From a virus: a stretch of DNA of 64,000 bases. The notes under the pieces were generated by a model, which ran no database searches, was not told the origin of the DNA, and was given only the letters and a program-made list of their open reading frames with translations. Position numbers and translations under genes: made by a program. The stretch is from positions 4,975 to 68,974 of the IMG/VR virus record IMGVR_UViG_3300038829_000127. One strand, 5' to 3'. Positions 9,697 through 18,917 of the stretch are shown here, one piece after another (within the stretch, counting starts at the first letter, position 1; each line of letters begins with the position of its first letter).

Positions 9697-10109
9697 GCAC
9701 GCTCGCAGAGGACTACCCCGAACTCCGCGACATGGCCGTGGAGTTGATCAACGAAGCCGGTCGTGATGTCACGATCGAGCGTATGGCGAAGACGCCGGCA
9801 GATGCCGCCAAGCCCTGGAGGGCGACGACGGAGGCACTACTGTACGGCGCCGGGTCCACAGCGTGGACCTGCAAAGGTGTCTTTATTGAACTGGCCTCGG
9901 CGCAGAAGCTGGGGATAATGACCATCACGCAGAACATGACCAAGCGTAGCAGCCGCTGCCTGCTTGTGGCGGCAGGGGCTGGTTGCCCGGATCTGACATT
10001 GTTTGAGGAAGTCGTGGACGGTGTGGTCCACAATCGAATTTTGAGCGTGCAGGCATTGAAGCCCGGTTTAGTGCCCCTCCTTTATTTTCTTGAGGTCGAT
10101 GGACCGTGA
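9693..10109 (+). CDS. head-tail joining/closure protein
   Basis: position and size; overlapping start/stop codons. Confidence 0.65.
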   Translation: MSTLAEDYPELRDMAVELINEAGRDVTIERMAKTPADAAKPWRATTEALLYGAGSTAWTCKGVFIELASAQKLGIMTITQNMTKRSSRCLLVAAGAGCPDLTLFEEVVDGVVHNRILSVQALKPGLVPLLYFLEVDGP

Positions 10110-10546
10110 GCAGTCTCACTGTGGATCAGGCGATAGATGAGATTTACGGGCTGCTCTTTACCGCGTGGCGGGCATCTTTCCCTACAGCCGTCATACTGTT
10201 CCCCGATGTGGATGGCGAGCCTCCAGCGAGCGGTGTTTGGTCCCGCGTGGTGGTGCAGCACACGAATGGTGGCCAGGCGGCGCTTGCAGGTGGTCTGGGC
10301 CTCCAGATGTGGGACCGCAGCGGGGTCGTCGGTGTTCAGGTCTTCTCGGATGCGGGCCGCGGGATGACGGGCCCGTCCGGGCATGGAGTTCTCTGGGCTG
10401 CATCCGTGATGCGGGATGCACTCGAGGGCGCCGCAACGACAGGCAATGTGTGGTTCACAAATGTTAAACTGGTCGAGGTGGGACGGGACGGCAACTGGCA
10501 GCAGGTAAACGTCACGGCGAGTTTTGAGTATCAGCAGCTCAAGTAG
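10106..10546 (+). CDS. tail terminator (DUF4128-like)
   Basis: W.RV.V.H..G.QA.L...R.G.V.VQVF...G.G pattern; precedes tail tube gene. Confidence 0.75.
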   Translation: MSSLTVDQAIDEIYGLLFTAWRASFPTAVILFPDVDGEPPASGVWSRVVVQHTNGGQAALAGGLGLQMWDRSGVVGVQVFSDAGRGMTGPSGHGVLWAASVMRDALEGAATTGNVWFTNVKLVEVGRDGNWQQVNVTASFEYQQLK

Positions 10547-10560
10547 AGGGAGAGGGACTG

Positions 10561-12126
10561 ATGGCAACTCCGAACAAGATTTCGAGCAACGTAACCGGGC
10601 TCAGCTACGCCGAAGAGAAGGGCGGCATCGGTGTTCTTGGCTCGAGTACGTGGTACGGATTGGAGCCAAACTCCTACTCGGATTTTGGCGGTAAGCTGAC
10701 GCTGCTCTCTCGCAACCCGATCACGGCTGGACGGCAGCGCAAGAAGGGCGTGATCACGGATCTGGAAGCCTCTGGCGGGTTCAACACTGATTTGACTCAG
10801 GACAACCTGCAGGACCTTCTTCAGGGCTTCTTCTTCGCGGACCTGCGGAAAGCCTACGAGTCTACCTGCACGGCGGTGGATGATACCCCCACGACGTTTG
10901 CGGTGCCATCACTGACTGGCGTGGTGGTTGGGGACATGATCAAGACGACCGGTTTTACGAACGCTGCCAACAACAGTGCCAATTTCGCCAACAAGGTGTT
11001 CTACGTCTCGGCTGTTGGCACGGGGCTCATCACCACAAATGACTCAGTGACTCTCGTTGCTGAAACGCCTCCGGTGACGGCGAAGGTTGAGGTCGTGGGG
11101 CACAAGTTCGGTGCGGGCGTGCTGGATGTGGTTATCGACGGGGCAGGCTGGCCGACGCTCACGTCCTCGGCCGCGGACTTCGTAACCCTGGGGTTCAAGG
11201 TAGGCCAGTGGATCTACGTCGGCGGAGACTCGGCGCAGGTTTCGTTCCTGGATTCGGCCAACAACGGGTTCAAGCGTATCAAAGCCGTGGCGGCCGGGGT
11301 TCTGACGCTGGACAAGTCTGATTCCCCCATGACCGGAGAACTCTCTACCTCCGAGACGATCGTGATATGGTACGGACGCATGCTCAACAACCGTACCGGC
11401 ACGAGCATCGTCAGGCGCTCGTACCAGCTCGAGCGGAACATGGGCTCCTCGGACACGGCGGACGCCACGAAGCTGCAGTATGAGTACATTGTTGGTGCGG
11501 TGCCCAACAAGTTTGCCATGGCGATTGCCCCCAGCACGAAGATCACCTGCGACCTCGACTTTGTAGCGAAGGACTTCGAGCAGTACGAGGGCGTCACGGC
11601 AAACGCCGCCATGAAGGCTGGTACCAGCTATCGTTCCGTTACCACTCAGGCCGACGCCTTCAACACCAGTTCTGATTTCAGCCGAATCCACCTCGCGCTC
11701 ATTACGTCTGGCACAGAGGCTCCCGCATCACTGTACGCATTCGTGACCGATTTGAGCATCAGCATCGACAATGGCATCACGCCTGACAAGGCGGTCGGTG
11801 TGCTGGGCGCGTTTGACATGTCTGAGGGTGACTTCGTGGTCACCGGTAGCATGACGGCCTACTTCTCGGACATGGCTGCCGTGGCGGCTGTGCGCAACAA
11901 TTCCAATGTGACCTTGGATTTTGCGGTGGCCAAGAACAACGCCGGCATCGTGGTGGATATCCCGCTGCTGGCGCTGGGTGATGGACGGCTGAACGTGGAG
12001 AAGGACAAGGCGGTTACCATACCGCTCTCCTTCGAGGCTGCCACGGCTTCCGCCATCGACGCAGCGACCGATTACACCCTGTGCATGTGTTTCTTCAATT
12101 TTCTGCCCAGCGCGGCAGAAGCCTAG
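10561..12126 (+). CDS. major tail tube protein
   Basis: LEPNSYSDFGG...SRNPITAGRQRKKG.ITDLEASGGF; 521 aa with inserted beta-rich region. Confidence 0.85.
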   Translation: MATPNKISSNVTGLSYAEEKGGIGVLGSSTWYGLEPNSYSDFGGKLTLLSRNPITAGRQRKKGVITDLEASGGFNTDLTQDNLQDLLQGFFFADLRKAYESTCTAVDDTPTTFAVPSLTGVVVGDMIKTTGFTNAANNSANFANKVFYVSAVGTGLITTNDSVTLVAETPPVTAKVEVVGHKFGAGVLDVVIDGAGWPTLTSSAADFVTLGFKVGQWIYVGGDSAQVSFLDSANNGFKRIKAVAAGVLTLDKSDSPMTGELSTSETIVIWYGRMLNNRTGTSIVRRSYQLERNMGSSDTADATKLQYEYIVGAVPNKFAMAIAPSTKITCDLDFVAKDFEQYEGVTANAAMKAGTSYRSVTTQADAFNTSSDFSRIHLALITSGTEAPASLYAFVTDLSISIDNGITPDKAVGVLGAFDMSEGDFVVTGSMTAYFSDMAAVAAVRNNSNVTLDFAVAKNNAGIVVDIPLLALGDGRLNVEKDKAVTIPLSFEAATASAIDAATDYTLCMCFFNFLPSAAEA

Positions 12127-12161
12127 TCAAACGCCCCATGGAGGGCAGAGGGAGTACCCGG

Positions 12162-12608
12162 ATGTCCGGTAGCATGTACGACCAGTACAAAACCGACGAG
12201 GCTTTCGAACAGAACGGTGTCCACACGCAGTTTGGCAACGCTCGTATCCGGCTGGCCCGGGCGGGTGGATCCAACAAGCGTTTTGCGAAGGTCTTTGAGC
12301 GCGAGACGCGCCCCATGCGACGGGCGCTCGAGAACGGTGCCGCGGATAACGACCAGTCACGGGCGGCCATGCAGCGGATCTACGCTGAGGCGGTGGTTCT
12401 GGGCTGGGAGACGAACATGGGCAATGGCACCGAGGACTGGCAGCCGGGGATCGAGGGCCCGGATGGCGAGTTGCTGCCGTTCACACGGGAGAACGTCATT
12501 GCCACGTTCCAGGCGCTCCCTGACCTCTTCACCGACGTGATCCAGGAAGCCAGCCGGATCAACAACTACCGGGCGCAGTTGATGGAGGACGACCAAAAAA
12601 ACTCGTAG
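12162..12608 (+). CDS. tail assembly chaperone (gpG-like)
   Basis: MYDQYKTD..E..GV...G..RIRLARAGG.N; between tube and TMP genes. Confidence 0.85.
   Translation: MSGSMYDQYKTDEAFEQNGVHTQFGNARIRLARAGGSNKRFAKVFERETRPMRRALENGAADNDQSRAAMQRIYAEAVVLGWETNMGNGTEDWQPGIEGPDGELLPFTRENVIATFQALPDLFTDVIQEASRINNYRAQLMEDDQKNS
12596..12602 (+). other. programmed -1 frameshift slippery site A AAA AAC
   Basis: a -1 slip reads CTC GTA GCG GTC CTG CTC TAC GCG ATG, in frame with ORF 12626-12934. Confidence 0.8.
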
Positions 12609-12625
12609 CGGTCCTGCTCTACGCG

Positions 12626-12934
12626 ATGGAGTACGGACCAGACGAGCAGAAGATCGTCCTGCAGTGCCTGCGTGAGCACATGCCGTTCCCTGATTTTATC
12701 AAGAATGCACCAGAGTTGGGGGTTGGCCTTCAACTCTTCTTCACGGCGTTTACGGATCTCTCCACGACCCGCAACATGGGCATGGACGAGGGCCCGATCT
12801 CCTGGGCAGCGATCCAGGAGTACATACGCTGGGCTCAGCTTGATGATGATCAAGCTGAGGCCCTGCACTTTCATGTCAGAGGGATGGACGTTGCGTACCT
12901 GAAGTTCCGGGGGAGGAAGCATGAAGGACATTAG
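12626..12934 (+). CDS. tail assembly chaperone C-terminal part (gpGT-like)
   Basis: APEL..GL......F.DLST.R..GM..GPI.W; reached through the frameshift. Confidence 0.8.
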   Translation: MEYGPDEQKIVLQCLREHMPFPDFIKNAPELGVGLQLFFTAFTDLSTTRNMGMDEGPISWAAIQEYIRWAQLDDDQAEALHFHVRGMDVAYLKFRGRKHEGH

Positions 12935-13355
12935 CGCACTCCCCGGGGACATTCTGGCCACATCGCTTCAGATGGAGCGGGGTGCGCGTCGGATCCTGCG
13001 TGATGTGTCGCGCTCCATTCATTTAGCGGCTGTTTATTCAACCCCGGTGGACACGGGCCGTGCCCGCAGTAACTGGCAAGTGTCCACCGGGGCCCCCATA
13101 AACCACAGCATTTTTCCCTATCACCCCGGGAAATATCTGTGGATTACCGAGACGGCCAACGCCGAAGCGGCGATCTCCCAGGGCCGGCAGGCGACGGAAG
13201 ACCTCCAGAAAGCCAACGAGGTCTTCATTGTCAATAACGTACTGTACGTCTGGGACCTGAATCACGGCTCGTCCACGCAGAGTGCCGGGCTGTTTGTTGA
13301 GCGTGCCTTGAACGATGGCCACATGACTGCTGCGAAGATGCGGGTGTTTGAATGA
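12921..13355 (+). CDS. HK97 gp10-like neck/tail completion protein
   Basis: TPVDTGRARSNWQVS...NNV.Y...LN.GSS.Q. Confidence 0.85.
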   Translation: MKDISALPGDILATSLQMERGARRILRDVSRSIHLAAVYSTPVDTGRARSNWQVSTGAPINHSIFPYHPGKYLWITETANAEAAISQGRQATEDLQKANEVFIVNNVLYVWDLNHGSSTQSAGLFVERALNDGHMTAAKMRVFE

Positions 13356-16300
13356 GCCCCCAGGAAACCTACCGGATCGTTGTCGTCGTTGACACGGATG
13401 CGGCCAAGAAGAAGTTTTCTGAGCTGGCGCAATCGGCCAATCAGTTGGCCAATCCCTCGGTGCAACTCAAGAAAGCAGGCGTGAGCGCGGGCGGGGCTGG
13501 AGGCGGGCTGCCGTCTGCCCTGAACTCGGATCGTATTCGGTACATCAAGGCAGAAACTAATGCCTATGCTACTGAATACGGTAACCAAAAGCAGCTACGG
13601 ATCAAGGCCAACAAGGACGCCGAGTATTTTCAAAATCTCAACTTCAGCGGTGAGCGGCAGGCGCAGTACAGGTCTATCCGCAATGCTGAAGACATGAACA
13701 TGAAGAACCTCAACGGTGAGCGTCAGTTTCAGCGACAGAGTATCCGCAATGCGGAACAGTATCGCATGAAGAACCTCACCGGTGAGCGTCAGTTTCAGCT
13801 ACAAAGTATCCGCAATGCCGAAGCCATGAACATGAAGAACCTCAACGGTGAGCGGCAGGCGCAACTCAGGTCCATAGCTGCCGCCAGGCAGGCATCTCGC
13901 CAGAGGTCAATGGCCGTGGTGCACCAGGGCCAGTTTCTAAAAGGCAAGGGAGAGGATACCAGCCTGACTGATGTGGGCTCTCAGGCGTACTTCCTGAAGC
14001 GTGCCCTGGCCACCCTGGGCGTTTTTGTGGTATCCCAGCAGTTGATCGAGATGGCTGATGCCGCTAAAGCCTCGCAGAACCGCCTGCGCAACCTGACCAG
14101 CAGTGCCGAGGAACTGGCCACGGTTACAGCCAGACTGCGCGGCATTTCACAGGAAACCCGCACCAGCTTCGAGGGAACCTCGGAAATCTACTCGAGAATG
14201 GCTTTTGCCACGCAGGGCCTTGGCTACTCTCAGGCCCAGTTGCTGGGCGTCACAAGGAGTCTGAACCAGGCCGTCCTTGTCTCCGGCGCCCGTAGTCAAG
14301 AAGCGACCTCGGCGCTCATCCAGTTCAGCCAGGCGCTGGGCTCCAACAAGCTGGGCGGCGATGAGTTCCGCTCGGTATCCGAGCAGTTGCCCTACGTGAT
14401 GAAGATCATCGCGGACAGCCTGGGTGTGCCCATCGGGCGTCTGAAGGCGCTGGCACAGGAAGGCAAGCTGACCACCAAGGTGCTGATTGACGCTTTCGTG
14501 AACGCCTCCGACAAGATTGATGCCGCGGCCAAGAACGTGCAGCCCACGATTGAGCAGGCGTTCACCACGTTCAAAAACGGTGTGCTGTTCTTCGTGGCCG
14601 ATATGGATTCGGCTACGGGGGCCAGTGCCGGTTTTTCCAAGGCAATCATGGATCTGGCCAAGCACATCGACACCCTGGGGCGTGTGTTTGCCACGCTGCT
14701 GTTGACCGGGGCTGTTGGTCTGGCCTTCAGCCAATTGAGCCGATTGTTCGTTTTCCTGGCCGGTCAGCTTGCATTACTGGTTAACCTGATGCGCGGTGTG
14801 ACAGCCGGAGCCATCGGGATGCGTGTGGTGATGACCGCCTTCGGTGGGCCCATTGCGGCCTTGTTGCTGATAGCGGCCAGTGCGCTGGCGGTTTTCAGTG
14901 ACAAGATCATCGTGAGCAAGAAAAACGGCACGACACTGCGGGACACGGTGGTTGCTTTTGCAGGTGTGGCCAAGGACAGCTTTGCCGAGGCGGCACGCAG
15001 CGTGGGTGACTACGTTAAGAGTTTGCAGACGGCAAAAACTGAAGGCGACGTGCTGGCTTACGAAATGGGCAAGCAGTCCTCATCCAGTGGGCCAACAAGC
15101 GGCATCATGGGTCGTCTGCACAAAGGCATTTCTCCCGGGCTACCTCCTGGCACGGAGGGGCCGTTGCTGCCCGGTCAGACTAGGACGGGATTCAGTGACC
15201 TTGAGCAGTATGTCATTAAACTTGCTGCAACCTTCGATCTGGTTGGCAAGGCAGTGATCGGTGTGGTCAGCATTGTGTCCACAGCCTTCGCCGCCATTGC
15301 TACCGGGCTGAGTGCGCTGATTTCAGAGATGCTGGTGATTCTACAAAAGGGTGTGTTTCAACTGGCGCATATCGCCGGTGAAAAGGGCGCGGCAGTTTTT
15401 GACCCCATGCTGAACGCCATTAACGACGCCATTTTGGCCACGGACAAGGCGGCGGATAATGGTGCGGCTAACATCGAGCAGTTGTGGAAGAGTCTTGGCG
15501 AGGGTTTCAATAAGCAGGGTCCGCTCGAGAAGGCCACGGCAACAGCAATAGACAATTCTCACCTTTTGGCCATGGCAAGGCGTAACGCGGCGCTCAAGGA
15601 AACTGACTTGACCACGCATGGCGCCGCGAATCCCGTGGTTACCCCCACCGACGACAAACTCAGCAAGTGGGACAAGTACATCGAGAAGCTGCAGGACGCG
15701 CTGGCGCTTCTGCGCCTTGTGGGCAGCGAGCGGGACAAGGCCATCTTGAGGGAAGAGTTTGAAGCCCGCCGTGTGCTGGGCCTCAAGAACACGGATGTTC
15801 CGAACGCTACACAGCAGGGTCAGCTCAACGAGGCTCGTGATCTGGCCGCGCAGACCTTCGATGCGACATCTTTGCTCCAGATCAAGGAGCAGATGCTGAA
15901 GGTGTCTCAGGAAAATTCGCAGTTGCTGATTCTGGATAATAGCCAGCGCGAGATTGCAAAGGCTCTGGACGACCTGGCTCTGCAAGCCAAGCGGGATCTG
16001 CTGGAGCCTGAGAAGGAATACGCCACGTTGCAGTTACGGAATAACCAGTACCTGCAACGCCGTCTCACGCTCTACGAGGAGCTAATCAAGCCGCTTGAGG
16101 ATCTGAAGCAGCGCGAGCAGGATCTGGGGCAGATGTTCAAAGATAAGGTGCTCAATGCTCAACAGTATGCAATGGCGATTCGTGATGTGCGTGCAGACAT
16201 TACGGCGCTGGATAATACTGTCGGGTTCAGGCTTACAGCCTCTACCGAAAAAGCACGCAGCCGGTTCGCCAAACTTGGGGAGGATTTTACTAAGGGTGGG

Positions 16301-16906
16301 GGGTTTGTCGCTGATTTTGGAAGTGCCGCCATCGCAGTGTTTCGTGCGCTGGGCGATATTATTGGGAGCGTGTCCATCAAGTTGTCAGGCGGCATTGCCA
16401 ATGGTTTAGCAGTGATGAGGCAAAGGGCAAATGAACTGGGGCGTACAGTCTCAAATATCCTTGTCAGTGCCTTCGACGGAGTAACCGACGCCATCGTGAA
16501 GTTTGCAGATACCGGTAAGATTGGCATCCGTGACCTGATGGACCTGATTCATCAGCTCTCACTTGAGCTTATCAGGCTGGCCGCCAACCAGCTCTGGGCG
16601 CAGTTGCTTGGAGCGGGGGCCCAGACTCTGCTGCCTGGTGGCGGTGGCGGTGGCACGGGCGGCACCAGCCTCCCGATCGGTGGTGGCACGCTGGATACTC
16701 AGGGCACCCGCCGCCAGCCGGCGCTTAGATCGCAGTCCAGCCAGCAGGCCCCGGTCGTCGTGCCGCCGCCCGTGGTCAATGTCTACAACATCCTGGACCC
16801 AAAGGACATCCCGGCTGCGCTCGAGTCTCCTGCGGGCCGCAGGGCGATTCTGAATGTGATATCGAGGAATCCAGGCGTGCTGGGCCGATTGGCCGGGGCC
16901 AGCTAG
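13352..16906 (+). CDS. tape measure protein
   Basis: 1184 aa helical; tape-measure domain (ALIQFSQALGS..L.GDEFRSV.EQ). Confidence 0.92.
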   Translation: MSPQETYRIVVVVDTDAAKKKFSELAQSANQLANPSVQLKKAGVSAGGAGGGLPSALNSDRIRYIKAETNAYATEYGNQKQLRIKANKDAEYFQNLNFSGERQAQYRSIRNAEDMNMKNLNGERQFQRQSIRNAEQYRMKNLTGERQFQLQSIRNAEAMNMKNLNGERQAQLRSIAAARQASRQRSMAVVHQGQFLKGKGEDTSLTDVGSQAYFLKRALATLGVFVVSQQLIEMADAAKASQNRLRNLTSSAEELATVTARLRGISQETRTSFEGTSEIYSRMAFATQGLGYSQAQLLGVTRSLNQAVLVSGARSQEATSALIQFSQALGSNKLGGDEFRSVSEQLPYVMKIIADSLGVPIGRLKALAQEGKLTTKVLIDAFVNASDKIDAAAKNVQPTIEQAFTTFKNGVLFFVADMDSATGASAGFSKAIMDLAKHIDTLGRVFATLLLTGAVGLAFSQLSRLFVFLAGQLALLVNLMRGVTAGAIGMRVVMTAFGGPIAALLLIAASALAVFSDKIIVSKKNGTTLRDTVVAFAGVAKDSFAEAARSVGDYVKSLQTAKTEGDVLAYEMGKQSSSSGPTSGIMGRLHKGISPGLPPGTEGPLLPGQTRTGFSDLEQYVIKLAATFDLVGKAVIGVVSIVSTAFAAIATGLSALISEMLVILQKGVFQLAHIAGEKGAAVFDPMLNAINDAILATDKAADNGAANIEQLWKSLGEGFNKQGPLEKATATAIDNSHLLAMARRNAALKETDLTTHGAANPVVTPTDDKLSKWDKYIEKLQDALALLRLVGSERDKAILREEFEARRVLGLKNTDVPNATQQGQLNEARDLAAQTFDATSLLQIKEQMLKVSQENSQLLILDNSQREIAKALDDLALQAKRDLLEPEKEYATLQLRNNQYLQRRLTLYEELIKPLEDLKQREQDLGQMFKDKVLNAQQYAMAIRDVRADITALDNTVGFRLTASTEKARSRFAKLGEDFTKGGGFVADFGSAAIAVFRALGDIIGSVSIKLSGGIANGLAVMRQRANELGRTVSNILVSAFDGVTDAIVKFADTGKIGIRDLMDLIHQLSLELIRLAANQLWAQLLGAGAQTLLPGGGGGGTGGTSLPIGGGTLDTQGTRRQPALRSQSSQQAPVVVPPPVVNVYNILDPKDIPAALESPAGRRAILNVISRNPGVLGRLAGAS
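13630..13876 (+). repeat. about 4 copies of a 66-nt (22-aa) repeat in TMP
   Basis: MKNL(N/T)GERQ(F/A)Q..SIRNAE repeats. Confidence 0.8.
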
Positions 16907-18093
16907 TGCCTGTCCTGATTTTCTCCCCTGAGACGGCGGGGCTGGTGGAGACGCTGGAGTTTAAGTCGGAGGTATTCACCGACACGAATGGCGGTGAACA
17001 GCGCAGCCGCATCCGCACGGCTCCCAGAAGCCTTGTAGAACTGACTGTTTCAATGGAGGATGGGGATCGCGCCCTGCTGAACTCGCTGCTCTACTCCGCC
17101 CATACGTCGGCCCTGCAGTCTCCGTCGTGGTGGGAAGCTGCCAATCTGTCGGAAAATCTTGCGGCGGGCACACGCAATGTGTCGTGTGCCCCCGCCTACC
17201 GTGATTTTCAGGTCGGTGGCTACGGCCTGCTCTGGTCCAGCCCTACGGTCTACGAAGTCTTCCAGGTAGGTGCACTGGCCTCCAACCACATTCAGATGCC
17301 CCCGGGTGGACCGGCGTTGCAGAGCACATGGCTTCAGAGGGATACATGGGCCGTGCCGCTCAAGTCCATACTGCTGGGCAGTGAGCAAGGGCAGACGCAC
17401 TATTTGATGGGGTTGACTGAGGGAAAGCTGAAGTACACCGTTCTGGATAACACGGATTTACGCGGGGCGGCTCCGTCAGCATTCCCAACCTACCTGGGCA
17501 AGCCGCTCTTTAATCGGGTGAACTCGGCCGAGCGCACGATGAGCATGGGCTGGGTGAGCAGCCCGGAGGTCTTCGATCCGGGCAATCTGCTGACCCAAAC
17601 GGTTACGTGGACCCGGCCCAAAATCACACAGGCGCTGCGCATCGTGTGCAAAACCCAGCAGGCAATTTACGAAACGCGAGTGTTCTTTCATCTGCTGGGG
17701 GGTCGGCAGAAGTCGTTTTGGCTGGGCACTGGCAAGAATGACATGCCACCGTTGGCGGGCATTGGTTTGCTACAGGGCTATCTGTCCACGGCGAATCAAG
17801 GCTTCGTGGCGAATTATGGAGCCGCCCCCGTTGCTCCTCGAGGGCATCTCCAGTTGGTCAGGACAGATGGCGCCAGATCGCAGCATGCTATTCCAAGTGC
17901 TGCAGTCATCTCCTCCAGCCGCGAGGACATTGGCATCTCCCCGGGCAGCCCGATGGATCTCTCAGACATCACGCGCATTGCTCGTGTGGAGTTTTTGACC
18001 CTGTGCCGTTTGCGTGAGGACACAGTAAAGATCACGCATTTGGGCAGAGGCCAGGCGGTATTTGAGGCTGACGTGGTGGGGGTGTCCGCATGA
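16906..18093 (+). CDS. distal tail/tail hub-like protein
   Basis: first gene after TMP; ETLEF.SEV.....GGEQR..IR.APR. Confidence 0.7.
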   Translation: MPVLIFSPETAGLVETLEFKSEVFTDTNGGEQRSRIRTAPRSLVELTVSMEDGDRALLNSLLYSAHTSALQSPSWWEAANLSENLAAGTRNVSCAPAYRDFQVGGYGLLWSSPTVYEVFQVGALASNHIQMPPGGPALQSTWLQRDTWAVPLKSILLGSEQGQTHYLMGLTEGKLKYTVLDNTDLRGAAPSAFPTYLGKPLFNRVNSAERTMSMGWVSSPEVFDPGNLLTQTVTWTRPKITQALRIVCKTQQAIYETRVFFHLLGGRQKSFWLGTGKNDMPPLAGIGLLQGYLSTANQGFVANYGAAPVAPRGHLQLVRTDGARSQHAIPSAAVISSSREDIGISPGSPMDLSDITRIARVEFLTLCRLREDTVKITHLGRGQAVFEADVVGVSA

Positions 18094-18917
18094 GTCCTGT
18101 GCTTGATGATGTTGAGATCGGCGTAGAGGATGCCGAGCCACTGGACTTTTACCGGGTCACGATCGGTAACCGTCTTTTCTTGATGACAAATGCGAAAGAT
18201 GCCACTACCTTTCAGGGGCAGGTGTTCCAGCCCACGGCCATCGAGCGCACCTCTGCCAAAGTGTCCAGCGAGGAATCTGACGCGGCGGTAGAGTTTACGA
18301 TTCCGCAGGACCACGCCCTGGCGCAACTCTTCTATGGCATTCTGCCCGGTCAGAAGGGCCTTGTGGACATCCGCAGAACGCACAAGAGCATCGTCACAGG
18401 AACGAGCTACGAGTTTGCTTTCCGGGGGTATCTCTCCAATGTGCGGTACGAGGGAAACTCCAGGGCGACTTTCCGTTGCGACCAGCCCACGGCATTCTTG
18501 AACCGGAACGGCCCGCGCTTCATGTACACCAGCCTTTGCAACAATGTCCTGTATGATGCGCGGTGTACGCTGAACCCGGAACTGTTCAAACTGAGCGGCA
18601 CAGTGACGGCGCTGCCGCAGGAAGACACCATCACCGTGCCCGGAGCCAGCTCCATGGGCGCGGATTACTTTGATGGCGGGTACGTCTACTACCTGTCTCC
18701 GGGTGGGGATGATTACCGCGTGATCCTGAAACAGACTGGAAATGACATTCGGATTTTGATCCCGTTCATGGACAATGTGCTGGGCCAGTCGGTATCCCTC
18801 TATGCTGGCTGCAGGCACACGGTGGCCATCTGTGATTCGAAGTTTGCCAACAAGGCAAACTTCGGTGGATTCCCCTTTGTGCCCTTCAAGAATCCCTTCC
18901 AGACGAGGATCCTCTAG
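18090..18917 (+). CDS. baseplate hub protein (DUF2163/BR0599-like)
   Basis: CNNVLYDARC and AGCRHT...C..KFAN..NFGGFPFVP motifs. Confidence 0.9.
   Translation: MSPVLDDVEIGVEDAEPLDFYRVTIGNRLFLMTNAKDATTFQGQVFQPTAIERTSAKVSSEESDAAVEFTIPQDHALAQLFYGILPGQKGLVDIRRTHKSIVTGTSYEFAFRGYLSNVRYEGNSRATFRCDQPTAFLNRNGPRFMYTSLCNNVLYDARCTLNPELFKLSGTVTALPQEDTITVPGASSMGADYFDGGYVYYLSPGGDDYRVILKQTGNDIRILIPFMDNVLGQSVSLYAGCRHTVAICDSKFANKANFGGFPFVPFKNPFQTRIL

Noticed and set aside
13630-13876. TMP 66-nt repeats as a novel element
   Set aside because: The 22-aa period fits the ordinary 11-residue periodicity of tape measure proteins
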